This document shows, piece by piece, positions 38,736-48,919 of a stretch of DNA of 64,000 bases. Under the pieces are notes generated by a model. That model was not told the DNA's origin. It searched no databases and worked only from the letters and a program-made list of their open reading frames with translations. The stretch comes from Candidatus Altimarinota bacterium (GTDB lineage: Bacteria > Patescibacteriota > Gracilibacteria > CAIRYL01). The stretch is taken from positions 1,304,808 through 1,368,807 of the forward strand of contig OZ252287.1 of NCBI GenBank assembly GCA_965250085.1, written 5' to 3'. The translations under genes and the position numbers were made by a program. Positions within the stretch are counted from its first letter, which is position 1; the number at the start of each line of letters is the position of its first letter.

Positions 38736-41243
38736 TTATCTGAGTCTTCTTCCAATTTCCCGCTCTATAAAATCACGATCTCGGGCAAATTTGAGCCTCG
38801 ACAGCTGACGATATGCCTCAGCAGCTTCTTCGTCTTTTCCGGTAGGATCGTAAATAGTTTTCATCACAAATCCACGAGAAGTGGTGTTGTCGATATTGAG
38901 TTTGATATAGGCGTAATATTTCTCAATATTGATCAAATCTTGCTCAGTAAAGACCGGCTGAAATTCTTTTGCCATGGTTTCAGCGTCCTGCGCCCCGATC
39001 TTGAAGCACATCATAGTTCCCACATTTCCAAATACAGCATCACGGATACTGGTATCTTCGTGTGTTCCTTTTCCTCCACCATCCATCTTGGTGATCTGTG
39101 AAATATACTGATGGGCGACAATCAGCCCCAGTCGATACTTTCTCGCCTCAGACAAAATAGAAGTAAATGAATCGGTCACAAAGTTTTGAAACTCATCCAC
39201 ATAGAGGTAAAAATCTTTTCTCTCTTCTTCAGGAATATCCACACGACTCATGGCCGCCATTTGTATTTTGGACACCATGATCATTCCCAGGAGTTTTGCA
39301 TTCAGATCGCCCAATTTCCCCTTCGAGAGATTGACCAGCAGGATTTTGCCCTCATCCATCACTTTGCGAAAATCAAATCCAGATTTTTGCTGGGCGATAA
39401 TATTTCTGATCTGACGATTGGTAATAAATGGTCCAAACTTGGAGGAGAAATACGGAATCATCTCTTCTTTTTCCCGTTGACCAGTTTTTGCCATTTCTTT
39501 CTCCCAAAATGCCCGGACGGTTGGATTGGTCACCTTCTCCACTTTCATTTTTTCATATGCGGCATCGGTAAAGAGCCGTGGCAAGTCAATAAGCGTCGCA
39601 CCATCGTCAGGATCAGCCATGAGGGTCAGCACGCCATTTCGGAAATAGTGCTGCAGTCGAGGCCCCATGATTTCTTCTCCAAAAAGTTTGATAAATATCG
39701 CGAGCGTTTCCTGTGCCACAAATTCTTTTTGATCATCGGTTTCTGCTTCTAGCAGATTGAGCCCCATAGGTCGCTCCAGATCTCCGGGGTCAAAGAGAAT
39801 GACATCATCTGCTCTTTCTCTGGGGATATGTGGAAGTATCGCCTCGACGAGATCTCCATGAGGGTCCACAAGACACATACCACTTCCATTTTTCAGATCC
39901 TGGCGAATCATATAATCCAAAATCGTAGATTTTCCCGTTCCGGATTTTCCAATGACATACATGTGTCTCATACGATCATCTGTTTTTATTCGTACTTTTG
40001 TTTCTACGTTCTGGTAATTATTTGTCCCTAAAATCAAACCTTCTTTGGGCATATTGTGAGGAGAAGGGGTGATTTTAAAGTCCTGCCATTTAATAATAGG
40101 GGACTGATTATATCGAATATTAGGAAAGTGAAATAAGCTCCCCAATTCTTCGGTAGAGAGTACCTGCCTCCAGCATTTAGATTTCCACCATTTTCCGAGG
40201 GTCACCCAAAATGGGCGAGAAAACTCCCGAGTGATGTAGTCCCTCGTCAATTTTCGCAAACTTACATGATATGTTTTGCGAAACCCATTGAGATCAGGAG
40301 AAGTAAACTGATCAAAAGCAGCGGCAATCGCCTGCCAGTTATTTTCAGCATTCTGGGAATTTTCTGCTGAAGTAACAACACGAATGAGGGTATCAAAGCC
40401 ATATTTTTGAGATTTTTCTTCTATGGCTTTTACCCGTTCTTGCATCACAGGAGTGCTATATTGTGCCCTGCGTTCTTCGTCATTTCCAAATTGATCATCC
40501 TGCGGTCCATGTACTGCCAGATGAAATATACTTCCGAGCCAGTTTTTAGGGTTGAGCATAGCGAAAAAACCTTTTTTTTCAGATCCGCTATACATATCTT
40601 GTGCCAGAGCTTGCCCTTTTTTTTGCCATGAATTCGCAATAGGCCTCACCATAATTTGTATCGCAGCTCCTTCTTCAGACTTCATTTTGGAAAACCCATT
40701 CACCATGTTATTGAGAGAATCACTCTCAAGTCTTTGTATGGTACGGATGGGATAGAGATAACTTTTTGCCAGATACATGTATCCTCCAGCAATTTTTTGT
40801 TTCGGTCGAAAAATGTTGGGAGCTTCTACTTGGTCTACAACCGCATCTGGATAGTATGCAGTGATCTGCTTTTCTGCGATCCGTACGAAATAGCTGGGGA
40901 CGGCGATATAAAACCTGATCTGTCCATCAATAAAAGCATATTCGCAGGTGAAGTAATCCTGTCCAATAAATTTGTATTTCCACTTGGAGCTGTGCAGTGC
41001 ATTCATCGCTGCAAAAAACTGCGTCATGACTCCTGCAATCTTGGTATAGTCTTTCGCTGATCCAAACTCTTCTCCGACGATCTCTCTATCTTCTTTGGAA
41101 TCCTTTTTTGGAATCAAAACTTGAAGGAAGACAAGATCCAATGGGCGTCTCCATTCTGTCCTGAGATATACAATCACCCAAAGTAGAAGGAAGAAGCCAA
41201 TGACTCCAAGTGCCGTCAGAAGGGGGAAAAGCAAACTCTCCAT
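38736..41243 (-). CDS. VirD4/TraG-like type IV coupling ATPase
   Basis: N-terminal TM; RHMYVIGKSGTGKS Walker A; DPHGDL; LYVDEFQNF Walker B; SEARKY; AHQY; FGNVGT. Confidence 0.88.
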   Translation of the reverse strand: MESLLFPLLTALGVIGFFLLLWVIVYLRTEWRRPLDLVFLQVLIPKKDSKEDREIVGEEFGSAKDYTKIAGVMTQFFAAMNALHSSKWKYKFIGQDYFTCEYAFIDGQIRFYIAVPSYFVRIAEKQITAYYPDAVVDQVEAPNIFRPKQKIAGGYMYLAKSYLYPIRTIQRLESDSLNNMVNGFSKMKSEEGAAIQIMVRPIANSWQKKGQALAQDMYSGSEKKGFFAMLNPKNWLGSIFHLAVHGPQDDQFGNDEERRAQYSTPVMQERVKAIEEKSQKYGFDTLIRVVTSAENSQNAENNWQAIAAAFDQFTSPDLNGFRKTYHVSLRKLTRDYITREFSRPFWVTLGKWWKSKCWRQVLSTEELGSLFHFPNIRYNQSPIIKWQDFKITPSPHNMPKEGLILGTNNYQNVETKVRIKTDDRMRHMYVIGKSGTGKSTILDYMIRQDLKNGSGMCLVDPHGDLVEAILPHIPRERADDVILFDPGDLERPMGLNLLEAETDDQKEFVAQETLAIFIKLFGEEIMGPRLQHYFRNGVLTLMADPDDGATLIDLPRLFTDAAYEKMKVEKVTNPTVRAFWEKEMAKTGQREKEEMIPYFSSKFGPFITNRQIRNIIAQQKSGFDFRKVMDEGKILLVNLSKGKLGDLNAKLLGMIMVSKIQMAAMSRVDIPEEERKDFYLYVDEFQNFVTDSFTSILSEARKYRLGLIVAHQYISQITKMDGGGKGTHEDTSIRDAVFGNVGTMMCFKIGAQDAETMAKEFQPVFTEQDLINIEKYYAYIKLNIDNTTSRGFVMKTIYDPTGKDEEAAEAYRQLSRLKFARDRDFIEREIGRRLR

Positions 41244-41364
41244 TTCAGTTTCAATATTCGCACAATTGAAACAAAAAATGAATGGGTTTTATACTCAGGA
41301 TTACCCGAAAAAATTTGACATATTTTATTTATTAGCTAAGATATACATCTCTAATTAATTATTA

Positions 41365-41952
41365 ATGAGAATAGAAAGATCCGATTCGCTCATTATACCA
41401 AAAATTCAGACGAGAAAAACTTCTCTCGGAAAGCATATTTTTCGTTTAGAAGTGGATGATGATCAAACAGAAATTCGTTTTGACAAATTCGTATTCCAAT
41501 TTCTTCATGGGGAAGAATCTTCTGATAATTTATCAAAATCTGGCACGGATCAGCTTTTACAAAAAGTAAGCAATGAATTAAGCAAATGTGTACACGAGCA
41601 TTTCGAATCTCAACAATATTTTTTTCAGATGATGATTTTTTATGAAAAAAGAGCAGAATTTTGCCCTGAGTGGTTTCAAAAAAGCATGTTTGCTATTACT
41701 ACTCGAATTCATGCTGTAGTAGGCTTCTTTATAAAGCCCATGAGGTTCCAGTATTATATTGAGAAAGCGAAACGAGATATGCAAACACTTGAACTGATAA
41801 GCACCGAATTGCAAAAATGGGGAGAAAGTTTAAATGAATCAGAAAAGGAGATTCTTGGACAAATAGTCAAGAACCTCTCATTCCTTATTCGAATTTTGAA
41901 AAATGATGAGAGAGAATATCAAAGAATAAAAGATCGTTACGGAGTATCTTAG
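41365..41952 (+). CDS. Hypothetical protein
   Basis: 195-aa ORF; TTGACA(41315)-N16-TAAGAT upstream. Confidence 0.7.
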   Translation: MRIERSDSLIIPKIQTRKTSLGKHIFRLEVDDDQTEIRFDKFVFQFLHGEESSDNLSKSGTDQLLQKVSNELSKCVHEHFESQQYFFQMMIFYEKRAEFCPEWFQKSMFAITTRIHAVVGFFIKPMRFQYYIEKAKRDMQTLELISTELQKWGESLNESEKEILGQIVKNLSFLIRILKNDEREYQRIKDRYGVS

Positions 41953-41955
41953 TTT

Positions 41956-42666
41956 CTAGTTCCAAAACACAGAAAACAAATCATCTTCTGGTGGAAAAGA
42001 AGCCATATTTGGATTTTGCAGTGTATCAGTAAATTCAACCGGAGCATTATTGCAGATTACAAAAGGAGTACTTTCATTTGCATTTCCCATAATGAGTTCT
42101 GAAGCAGATGCCAGGTTGTCTGCAACGGCATTTTGAGTGATTTCGAGTTTCTGTCCGTAAAGATCTTCTTTTCCTTTTTCATTGAGTACTCCTTCAAAAC
42201 CGCTCCATGCAAGGGCGATACCGGTAACTCCAGTTCTGAGAGGCGTACATCGGGAGTCAGTAATGATCACCCCCGCTTCATTGAGTGTATATTTCTCTTT
42301 CAGTTTCTCGCAAAAATTATCGGATTCTTCCTGCACATTTTCTGGCCAAAGGATAAGTGTGCCTTTTTTAGCATTGGAAGCGTCAATACCGGCATTAGCA
42401 ATAAGAATATTGTTGGTGAGACTTAAGAAGATGCCAGGATAATTCGTTTTCCAGTATTGTTCTGATTCCTGCTTCACGTATTTTTCTATTTCCTTTTTGG
42501 TGCCCTGCACTACGCGCCCTTGAGAAAGTGCTACTATTTTGGATGAAACAATGACAACAGATTTTTCAGAAAGTTGTACATCTTGTTTCCGGAGAGCGTC
42601 ACAAAAAAACTTAAAGAGATCATCTCCTTTACAAAAGAGTGGTGTTTTGAGGGAAAAAAAGTGCAT
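41956..42666 (-). CDS. CofE-family gamma-glutamate ligase
   Basis: SSKIVALSQGR, ANAGIDASN, ITDS..PLRTG, DLYG, ADNLAS. Confidence 0.88.
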   Translation of the reverse strand: MHFFSLKTPLFCKGDDLFKFFCDALRKQDVQLSEKSVVIVSSKIVALSQGRVVQGTKKEIEKYVKQESEQYWKTNYPGIFLSLTNNILIANAGIDASNAKKGTLILWPENVQEESDNFCEKLKEKYTLNEAGVIITDSRCTPLRTGVTGIALAWSGFEGVLNEKGKEDLYGQKLEITQNAVADNLASASELIMGNANESTPFVICNNAPVEFTDTLQNPNMASFPPEDDLFSVFWN

Positions 42667-42743
42667 ATCAATTACGAATTACAAATTACGAATTACAAAT
42701 GAGCAAAAAATTCGTAATTGCACATTCGTAATTTGTCATTGTC

Positions 42744-43055
42744 CTAGTGTTGCATTCTTACTTTATATTTTCGTACTTGTCTGGCGAGCTTTTCTTCACA
42801 TTCATCTACAGCTGATTCCACACTGTGCGTATAGCTTTCAGCATAGAGTTTGTCTTGAGGGATAGAGGCATGAATTTTGCAATGGATATGATTTTTTTTG
42901 TCTTTGGTCTCTTCATGGTTTACCTCTACGGTAATAAAACTGGATGCATCATCTGCACGTCCAGAATAATGAAGAATTTTTTCACATTTTTTTTGAATGT
43001 ACTCTTTTTGTTCATCAGTGAGAGAAAACGTTTTTGAATGGATTTGTATGGACAT
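42744..43055 (-). CDS. raiA: Ribosome hibernation factor (RaiA/short HPF)
   Basis: IQIHSKTFSLT..KEYIQKK; SAVDECEEKLARQVRKYK. Confidence 0.9.
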   Translation of the reverse strand: MSIQIHSKTFSLTDEQKEYIQKKCEKILHYSGRADDASSFITVEVNHEETKDKKNHIHCKIHASIPQDKLYAESYTHSVESAVDECEEKLARQVRKYKVRMQH

Positions 43056-43177
43056 GAATTTTCGTAAAAAAGACATCTTCATTGTGTCGTTGTTTTCCGA
43101 GAGTTTCAAGTGAGTCCAAAGAAGAAATTATTGACACTACATAAAAAACAATGCTTAATGTTGTTAACATATCTTTA

Positions 43178-43879
43178 ATGGGAACAGAAGCATTGAAACA
43201 TTGGCTGAAATCGAGAGCTCTTGACGATTCTTCTGCAGACGAATACAAGACTCTATTGAGAGCACTTCGTGCACTACGAGGCACTTTCGCAATGCCATTT
43301 TCTACTATGAAAAGCGATTATAGTATTTTTGAGCAATATGTTGACACTCTTAATCAAGATTCCGTCGATGGAGATATATGTGAAATAGGATCATTTAATG
43401 GGGTTGGAACAAGGAAGCTGGCAATGATGTGTCAGGATACAAGGAGAAGAATTGTGTGCATTGAAGCCTTTGAATCACAAAATGATGAAACCGCGATAAG
43501 CGAAGGTTTCCTAAGAGATCTCTACAGACAAAATTTAGGAATATGGAATCAACGTTTTTTATTTTCTCTCAATACCACTCTTGTGAGAAATAAAATTTTC
43601 CTTATCGATAAAGATTCTAAAACAGTACAGTTTGATCCAAATCAAAAACTTGCCTTCAGTTTTATTGATGGAAATCATTCACCCGAATATGTACAGTCCG
43701 ACTTTGATCTTATTTTTTCACATACTTCTCCAGGAGGGTTCGTAGCATTTCATGACTATGGAAAAAAAATCCCACACATGATTGACCTTATAGACAACAT
43801 TATCAATACTCAGGAGGGGATACAAATGGAAGCAATATATCCAGAAGCTCTCACGGCTATTGCGAGAAAAGAAGTTTAA
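43178..43879 (+). CDS. Class I SAM-dependent methyltransferase (Methyltransf_24-like)
   Basis: ICEIGSFNG, FIDGNHS..V..D, GGFVAFHDY; start could be 43151. Confidence 0.82.
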   Translation: MGTEALKHWLKSRALDDSSADEYKTLLRALRALRGTFAMPFSTMKSDYSIFEQYVDTLNQDSVDGDICEIGSFNGVGTRKLAMMCQDTRRRIVCIEAFESQNDETAISEGFLRDLYRQNLGIWNQRFLFSLNTTLVRNKIFLIDKDSKTVQFDPNQKLAFSFIDGNHSPEYVQSDFDLIFSHTSPGGFVAFHDYGKKIPHMIDLIDNIINTQEGIQMEAIYPEALTAIARKEV

Positions 43880-43884
43880 TACTA

Positions 43885-46800
43885 CTACTTCACTTCAATT
43901 CTTGATTTTGGAGAGATCTGTGTGCCACCGGAGGAGAGTTTGGCCTTTGCCCAGATTTCAAAATTTCCGGCACTTGATTCCCATACAAGTGAAAAAGTAC
44001 GTGTTGCGGGCACTGGTCCGGGGAAGGTTTTGAGGATTTTTGGGCGACCATCTGAGTACTTTTGCCAGATTTCCAGAGAAGAAAAATTCTGGGCGATGTC
44101 ATCAGTAATTCCAGCGGTAATATAGACTGGAGAAACAACTGAAGTATTGTTCTGAGGCAAAAGGACACCAAAGGTATTTACTCCAGATCCTTTTCTCGTA
44201 GAAAAATCTATACTTTGCTCAGATACATTGCCAGCAGTATCAAATGCTTTTGCGGTCAGGGTGTAGTTTATTGCTGTATTTGGGGCAAGCCATTCGGTCT
44301 CAAAGGGACTATTTTGGGCGACACTAATTTGTTTTCCATTGAGAGAAAAAATAACTTTATCTACTGAAGATCTGGCATCTACAGCACTTACACGAAGAGT
44401 GTGAGTTGTGCCTCCAGGAATTTCTTCTCCATTCTTCGGAAATAAAAAGCTGATACTCGGGGGAGAATCATCAGTCCCGATTTTGATTTCAATATCTGCT
44501 TCATCTGTATAATACAACTGGTCAATAGCAACGACTTTGAGAGAATGGACGGATCCTTTTTCCGGAGCACCAATATTGATAACTCCCTGCCAGGGAGATG
44601 ATTTGATAGTGGTTTTGAGTTCTGAGTCCCAGTAAATCTCCAAATATTTCATTCCATTGGGGGCTTTGATTTCTGGAAAAATATTTACAAACGGGGGAGA
44701 CACAACACCAAAATTTATGGGGGTCAAAAGGGACATTTCCGGTTTTTGAGCGCTGGTTGCTTCGGTATGAACATCATCATAATCTTCTGGAATCTTGGTG
44801 ATGAAATTGTGAGCTCCGAGTTTTGCAAGAAATTCACTACTATTTCCAGTAAGCCATTTTTGTACCGGCTCTTCCCAGGTAGGATCATTAGGGCGATAGG
44901 AATGAAAACTGAGCATAGCTCTCTTTTCTTTCGCGCTATCTGGAGTAAATTCTGTTGGAAGTTTTTCTGAAACGGTATCAATTTCTATAAAAGTAAGGGA
45001 TTTTCCTACTTCTGTGGGAGTATTTTCTGATCGAAAAATTTCAGTCACAATAAATTCATCAGCAAGATCTTCTGCTGGCAGTTTTCCAGAAAATCTATCA
45101 ACAGCAACCACTTTGATGCCTTCGGGGCGCACAAAGTCTTTGACGGGCAGATTTGTATGGGCGTATTCCATAAACTCCTTCCATGTAAGCGCTGCATTTT
45201 GCCATCCACTCGCTTTATGGCTTTTGATAAGACCTCGATTGTTTCCAGCCCAGACAGTGGTAACCAAATCAGGCGTGTACCCAATCGTCCAGGTGTCATT
45301 GGGGTATTTGACTCCAGTTTTAGCATCAACACCGTTGGAAGTTCCTGTTTTTATAGCATTTTTCCTTCCAGACAATTGCAGGCGACTATTCCAACCAGCC
45401 CCTCGAGCTTTCGAATCAGAAAGAACGTGAGTGATCAAATACGCTGTTTGTTCGTCCAGGATTTCTTCTGGCTCTGCTTTGACTTCTCTGTTGTCAAGGA
45501 CGATATTTCCATGGCGATCTTCCACCCAAAGAATAGGAGTCATAGGTACTTTTTTGCCTCCCATAGCAAATATAGAATATGCCTGTAGCATATCAAGAGG
45601 ACGAGTTTCTCCTGTTCCCAGAGCAATAGATGATCCATAAAAATCAGCATCACGCAGGAGGCCTAATCCCATTTTTTGAGCAAGATCATATACTCCGGTA
45701 CCTGCAATAATTCCTACTTTGAGAGCAGGAATATTTAGAGAATTTCCAAGAGCCTTTCTGAGTGATACCGGTCCGCGAAACCTGCCATCAAAATTTTGAG
45801 GGATTGTTCTTCCAAATCGTGTTTTCACATCAAAAAGAACTGTTGCCGGGGAAAGTCCTTTCAAAAATCCGGCAGCATAGGCAATGGGCTTGAATGAAGA
45901 TCCGGGTTGTCTTTTTTGCAAAATCACATTTACTTTTCCATCAATTTCTTCACTCCAGTAGTCCCGGGACCCCACCATTGCTTTTATGTAGCCCGTGCTG
46001 GGTTCTGCAGAAACAAGAGCAATATTGGAAATATCATACGCTTGGTTGCTTTCAGCATTTTTTTCTATCAGTTCTTCTGCCTTTTGTTGTAGATCAAAAT
46101 CAAGAGTGGTATAGATCCTGAGTCCTGACTGTTCAAGGACTTCTTTGCCGAGTTCCTCTTCCAAAAGCTCTCGTACGTAAAACACAAAGTGTGGAGCTTT
46201 AATCTCAGCGCGATAAGTTTTGAATTCTATATTTTGAAGTTGAGATTGTGTATTTGTATACTCGAGACCAGAAATAAATCTTTTTTCCTTCATTTGTCCG
46301 AGGACATAATCCGCACGTCCTTCTGCATAAATAGAAGTTTCTTCTGCAATAGATATATTTTTCCCCAAAAGTCCTTGTGATATAGGTGAAAAATCATCTG
46401 TCTTGAGTTTCCAAAATTCTTCTTCTGTGTTGATTTTCTGCTCTTTCAAAGCTTCGAGAGTAATATCAAGTTCTGACGTTTTACGCGGTCCATATGGGGA
46501 CCATCTACTGGGCGCTTGTGGAAGAGATGCAAGCACGGCACTTTCGGCAAGAGTGAGATCTTTTGCTTTTTTCCCAAAATATGTTTTTGAAGCTTGCTCG
46601 ATCCCAAAAGAATTGTTTCCAAAAGAAATTTTATTCAAATACAGTTCCAAAATCTCATCCTTTGAAAAGTTTTTCTCTATGCGAAAGGAGAGATAAATCT
46701 CTTTGAGTTTTCGAACATATTTTTCAAAGATATTTCGCTCTTTCTTGAGGAGAGTATTTTTGGCAACTTGTTGGGTCAAAGTGGATCCTCCTCCTCTTAT

Positions 46801-47235
46801 TTCTCCAGTTTTGATAAGAAGGTATACAGACCTGAGCATGCCCATGAGATCTACTCCTTTGTGTGTATAAAAATCGGCATCTTCAGCGGCCAAAATAGCA
46901 TTTCCCATATGTGAGGAAATATCTCCAATAGAAACATACTTTCGGTTTTCTTCTCCATAAATATTATAGAGCACCTCATTTCCTTCATCATCATAGATGA
47001 TACTGCTCTCAGCAAGGTTCAGGTTTCGAAGATCTTCTGCATTAGGAATATCAGAAAGGATCCACAAAATAAAAACCCCTCCCAGTAAAAAAAGAAGACA
47101 CGCCATGACCACGCAAAACTGAAAGAATGCTTTCTTCCAATTTTTTTGTTTCCAAAACATCACAAACTCCCTCATTTTTTGCATCTTTGTCTGCCCATGT
47201 TTTTTCTCTTGAGTGTGTTCCTGAAAAACGTTCAT
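43885..47235 (-). CDS. Class A penicillin-binding protein with C-terminal Ig-like domains
   Basis: AEDADFYTHKG, GGSTLTQQ, RKLKE, LYLN (transglycosylase); PGSSFK, SLN, KTGT (transpeptidase); Big-like tail. Confidence 0.93.
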   Translation of the reverse strand: MNVFQEHTQEKKHGQTKMQKMREFVMFWKQKNWKKAFFQFCVVMACLLFLLGGVFILWILSDIPNAEDLRNLNLAESSIIYDDEGNEVLYNIYGEENRKYVSIGDISSHMGNAILAAEDADFYTHKGVDLMGMLRSVYLLIKTGEIRGGGSTLTQQVAKNTLLKKERNIFEKYVRKLKEIYLSFRIEKNFSKDEILELYLNKISFGNNSFGIEQASKTYFGKKAKDLTLAESAVLASLPQAPSRWSPYGPRKTSELDITLEALKEQKINTEEEFWKLKTDDFSPISQGLLGKNISIAEETSIYAEGRADYVLGQMKEKRFISGLEYTNTQSQLQNIEFKTYRAEIKAPHFVFYVRELLEEELGKEVLEQSGLRIYTTLDFDLQQKAEELIEKNAESNQAYDISNIALVSAEPSTGYIKAMVGSRDYWSEEIDGKVNVILQKRQPGSSFKPIAYAAGFLKGLSPATVLFDVKTRFGRTIPQNFDGRFRGPVSLRKALGNSLNIPALKVGIIAGTGVYDLAQKMGLGLLRDADFYGSSIALGTGETRPLDMLQAYSIFAMGGKKVPMTPILWVEDRHGNIVLDNREVKAEPEEILDEQTAYLITHVLSDSKARGAGWNSRLQLSGRKNAIKTGTSNGVDAKTGVKYPNDTWTIGYTPDLVTTVWAGNNRGLIKSHKASGWQNAALTWKEFMEYAHTNLPVKDFVRPEGIKVVAVDRFSGKLPAEDLADEFIVTEIFRSENTPTEVGKSLTFIEIDTVSEKLPTEFTPDSAKEKRAMLSFHSYRPNDPTWEEPVQKWLTGNSSEFLAKLGAHNFITKIPEDYDDVHTEATSAQKPEMSLLTPINFGVVSPPFVNIFPEIKAPNGMKYLEIYWDSELKTTIKSSPWQGVINIGAPEKGSVHSLKVVAIDQLYYTDEADIEIKIGTDDSPPSISFLFPKNGEEIPGGTTHTLRVSAVDARSSVDKVIFSLNGKQISVAQNSPFETEWLAPNTAINYTLTAKAFDTAGNVSEQSIDFSTRKGSGVNTFGVLLPQNNTSVVSPVYITAGITDDIAQNFSSLEIWQKYSDGRPKILKTFPGPVPATRTFSLVWESSAGNFEIWAKAKLSSGGTQISPKSRIEVK

Positions 47236-47258
47236 ATAGAGATCAAAAAAAACGGATC

Positions 47259-47945
47259 TTATTTTTCTTCAGGACTGACATATGCTTCTGCAAGTTCTTT
47301 AACTGCAGTAGAGCTGTGCTCACGAAGTTTTTCCACAACGGACGCGGGGATTACAATGTCTTCTCTTTTTAACAATATCTGCAGAGCGTTGGCATTGCTT
47401 ACATTTGCCATGTGGAGCATGACATCTTCGGTAAGACTGATATTTCGCGCTAAAAATTCCTGTACATTTGATTTTTCATCTTCTGCGAGGAGTTTCATAT
47501 TTTCTTCAGAGTTGGAAGGATTTTTTGCAGCTGCTTGACGGACAATATGATTAGAATCTTGCGAAAGAGTGCCAAATAGTCCTTGAGGCAAGTTTTTATT
47601 TGCAGCGGTGTAACTTCTCAAAATATAGTTCTCATCTTTTGCAAATTTTCTCAAAACAGATGATGGAGTGTTGGAATGTCTAGCGACTTCTGCCTGAACA
47701 TTTACACTTTCTGTGTCAGCTAAGAGTTCTAATATTTTAGAATGAGCAGTATCGGATCGAGCAATATCAAGGAGAGCCTTTTGTCGAGCACTTTGCCCCC
47801 AATCTTCATCAGAAACATCTGCTGGACGTTCATATGAAGAGACGAGAGATGTTATTTGATCCTCAAGAGCTTCTTCATATTTTGCTTGGGTGCATCCGGT
47901 CAAAGCTAAGAGGAGTGCGAATGCAAGGAGGTATATTCGTTTCAT
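47259..47945 (-). CDS. Lipoprotein with LRV/HEAT-like helical repeats
   Basis: Lipobox LTGC; repeats LA.D....V...(V/A)A.(N/H).NTP. Confidence 0.75.
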   Translation of the reverse strand: MKRIYLLAFALLLALTGCTQAKYEEALEDQITSLVSSYERPADVSDEDWGQSARQKALLDIARSDTAHSKILELLADTESVNVQAEVARHSNTPSSVLRKFAKDENYILRSYTAANKNLPQGLFGTLSQDSNHIVRQAAAKNPSNSEENMKLLAEDEKSNVQEFLARNISLTEDVMLHMANVSNANALQILLKREDIVIPASVVEKLREHSSTAVKELAEAYVSPEEK

Positions 47946-48244
47946 ACTATTTTTTTAAAGAATAAGAAATCAGAGCGGGAAGAGGGTACCATTTTCTGTA
48001 TAGATGGCAAAGAGGAAGAAACAAGTAATAAGCAGTAAGAATGAAGCAATAAGCGACAAGTAGCAGACAGCAAATATGGAGGATTTTTTCTGTCTCTCTA
48101 AAAAAGAGAATGCAGGTTTTTCCCCCAAGTTTCATGATTCATGTTTCACTCTTCCAAAGAGTAAGATACATTGCAAAGCAAGGTGTTTCCATTTTGCTGA
48201 AAAAAGGTGCAGATCGTATACTGCCTTATGATTTTTGTACCTGC

Positions 48245-48904
48245 ATGAAAAAATATATAAAATATGCCATTCTTTTTGTTGCGGGCATTATCATATTTTT
48301 GGGATACAAATATGAACTGCACGCCTATCTTACTGAAGAGAATATAACCGCTTGGATAGAATCTTTTGGCCATTGGGGCCCACTGGTGTATATGGTGCTG
48401 TACTATGTGGCGATCCTTTTCTTTCTTCCGGCGACCGTTTTTACTATTCTTGCTGGACTTCTGTTTGGGAAATTCTGGGGATCTGTTTATGTGGTTATTG
48501 CGGCTACTCTTTCTGCCCAAACGGCCTTTTATATTACTCGATATTTGGGGTCAGATGCAGCACAGAAGTTCTCGAAGGATAAGAGAGGGATGAGTGCTTT
48601 AATAGAAAAAATAAGAAATCAGTGTGAGAAGAAGTGTAAACTCTATGGATTTCGAACTTTTTTTATTATGCGCTGCCTCTTTCTTCCGTATATTCCACTG
48701 AGCTATGCTGCAGGTCTTATAAAAACTGCCAAAGCGAGCGATTTTTTCTTTGCCACACTGGTGACCAATATGATTTTTAGTCCGGCATTTGTATACTTTG
48801 GAGACCAATTATCCGAGGGGCCCAAAGCGCTGATACTTCCCGTGATATTAATTGGCCTCGTGCTTTCTATGCCAAGGATTGTGAAGAAGCTTCGAAAAGA
48901 ATAA
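48245..48904 (+). CDS. TVP38/TMEM64 (DedA superfamily) membrane protein
   Basis: FGHWGPLVY, LPATVFTILAGLLFG, FYITRYLG, LSYAAGL. Confidence 0.88.
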   Translation: MKKYIKYAILFVAGIIIFLGYKYELHAYLTEENITAWIESFGHWGPLVYMVLYYVAILFFLPATVFTILAGLLFGKFWGSVYVVIAATLSAQTAFYITRYLGSDAAQKFSKDKRGMSALIEKIRNQCEKKCKLYGFRTFFIMRCLFLPYIPLSYAAGLIKTAKASDFFFATLVTNMIFSPAFVYFGDQLSEGPKALILPVILIGLVLSMPRIVKKLRKE

Positions 48905-48919
48905 TTTATTATTTCGAAA

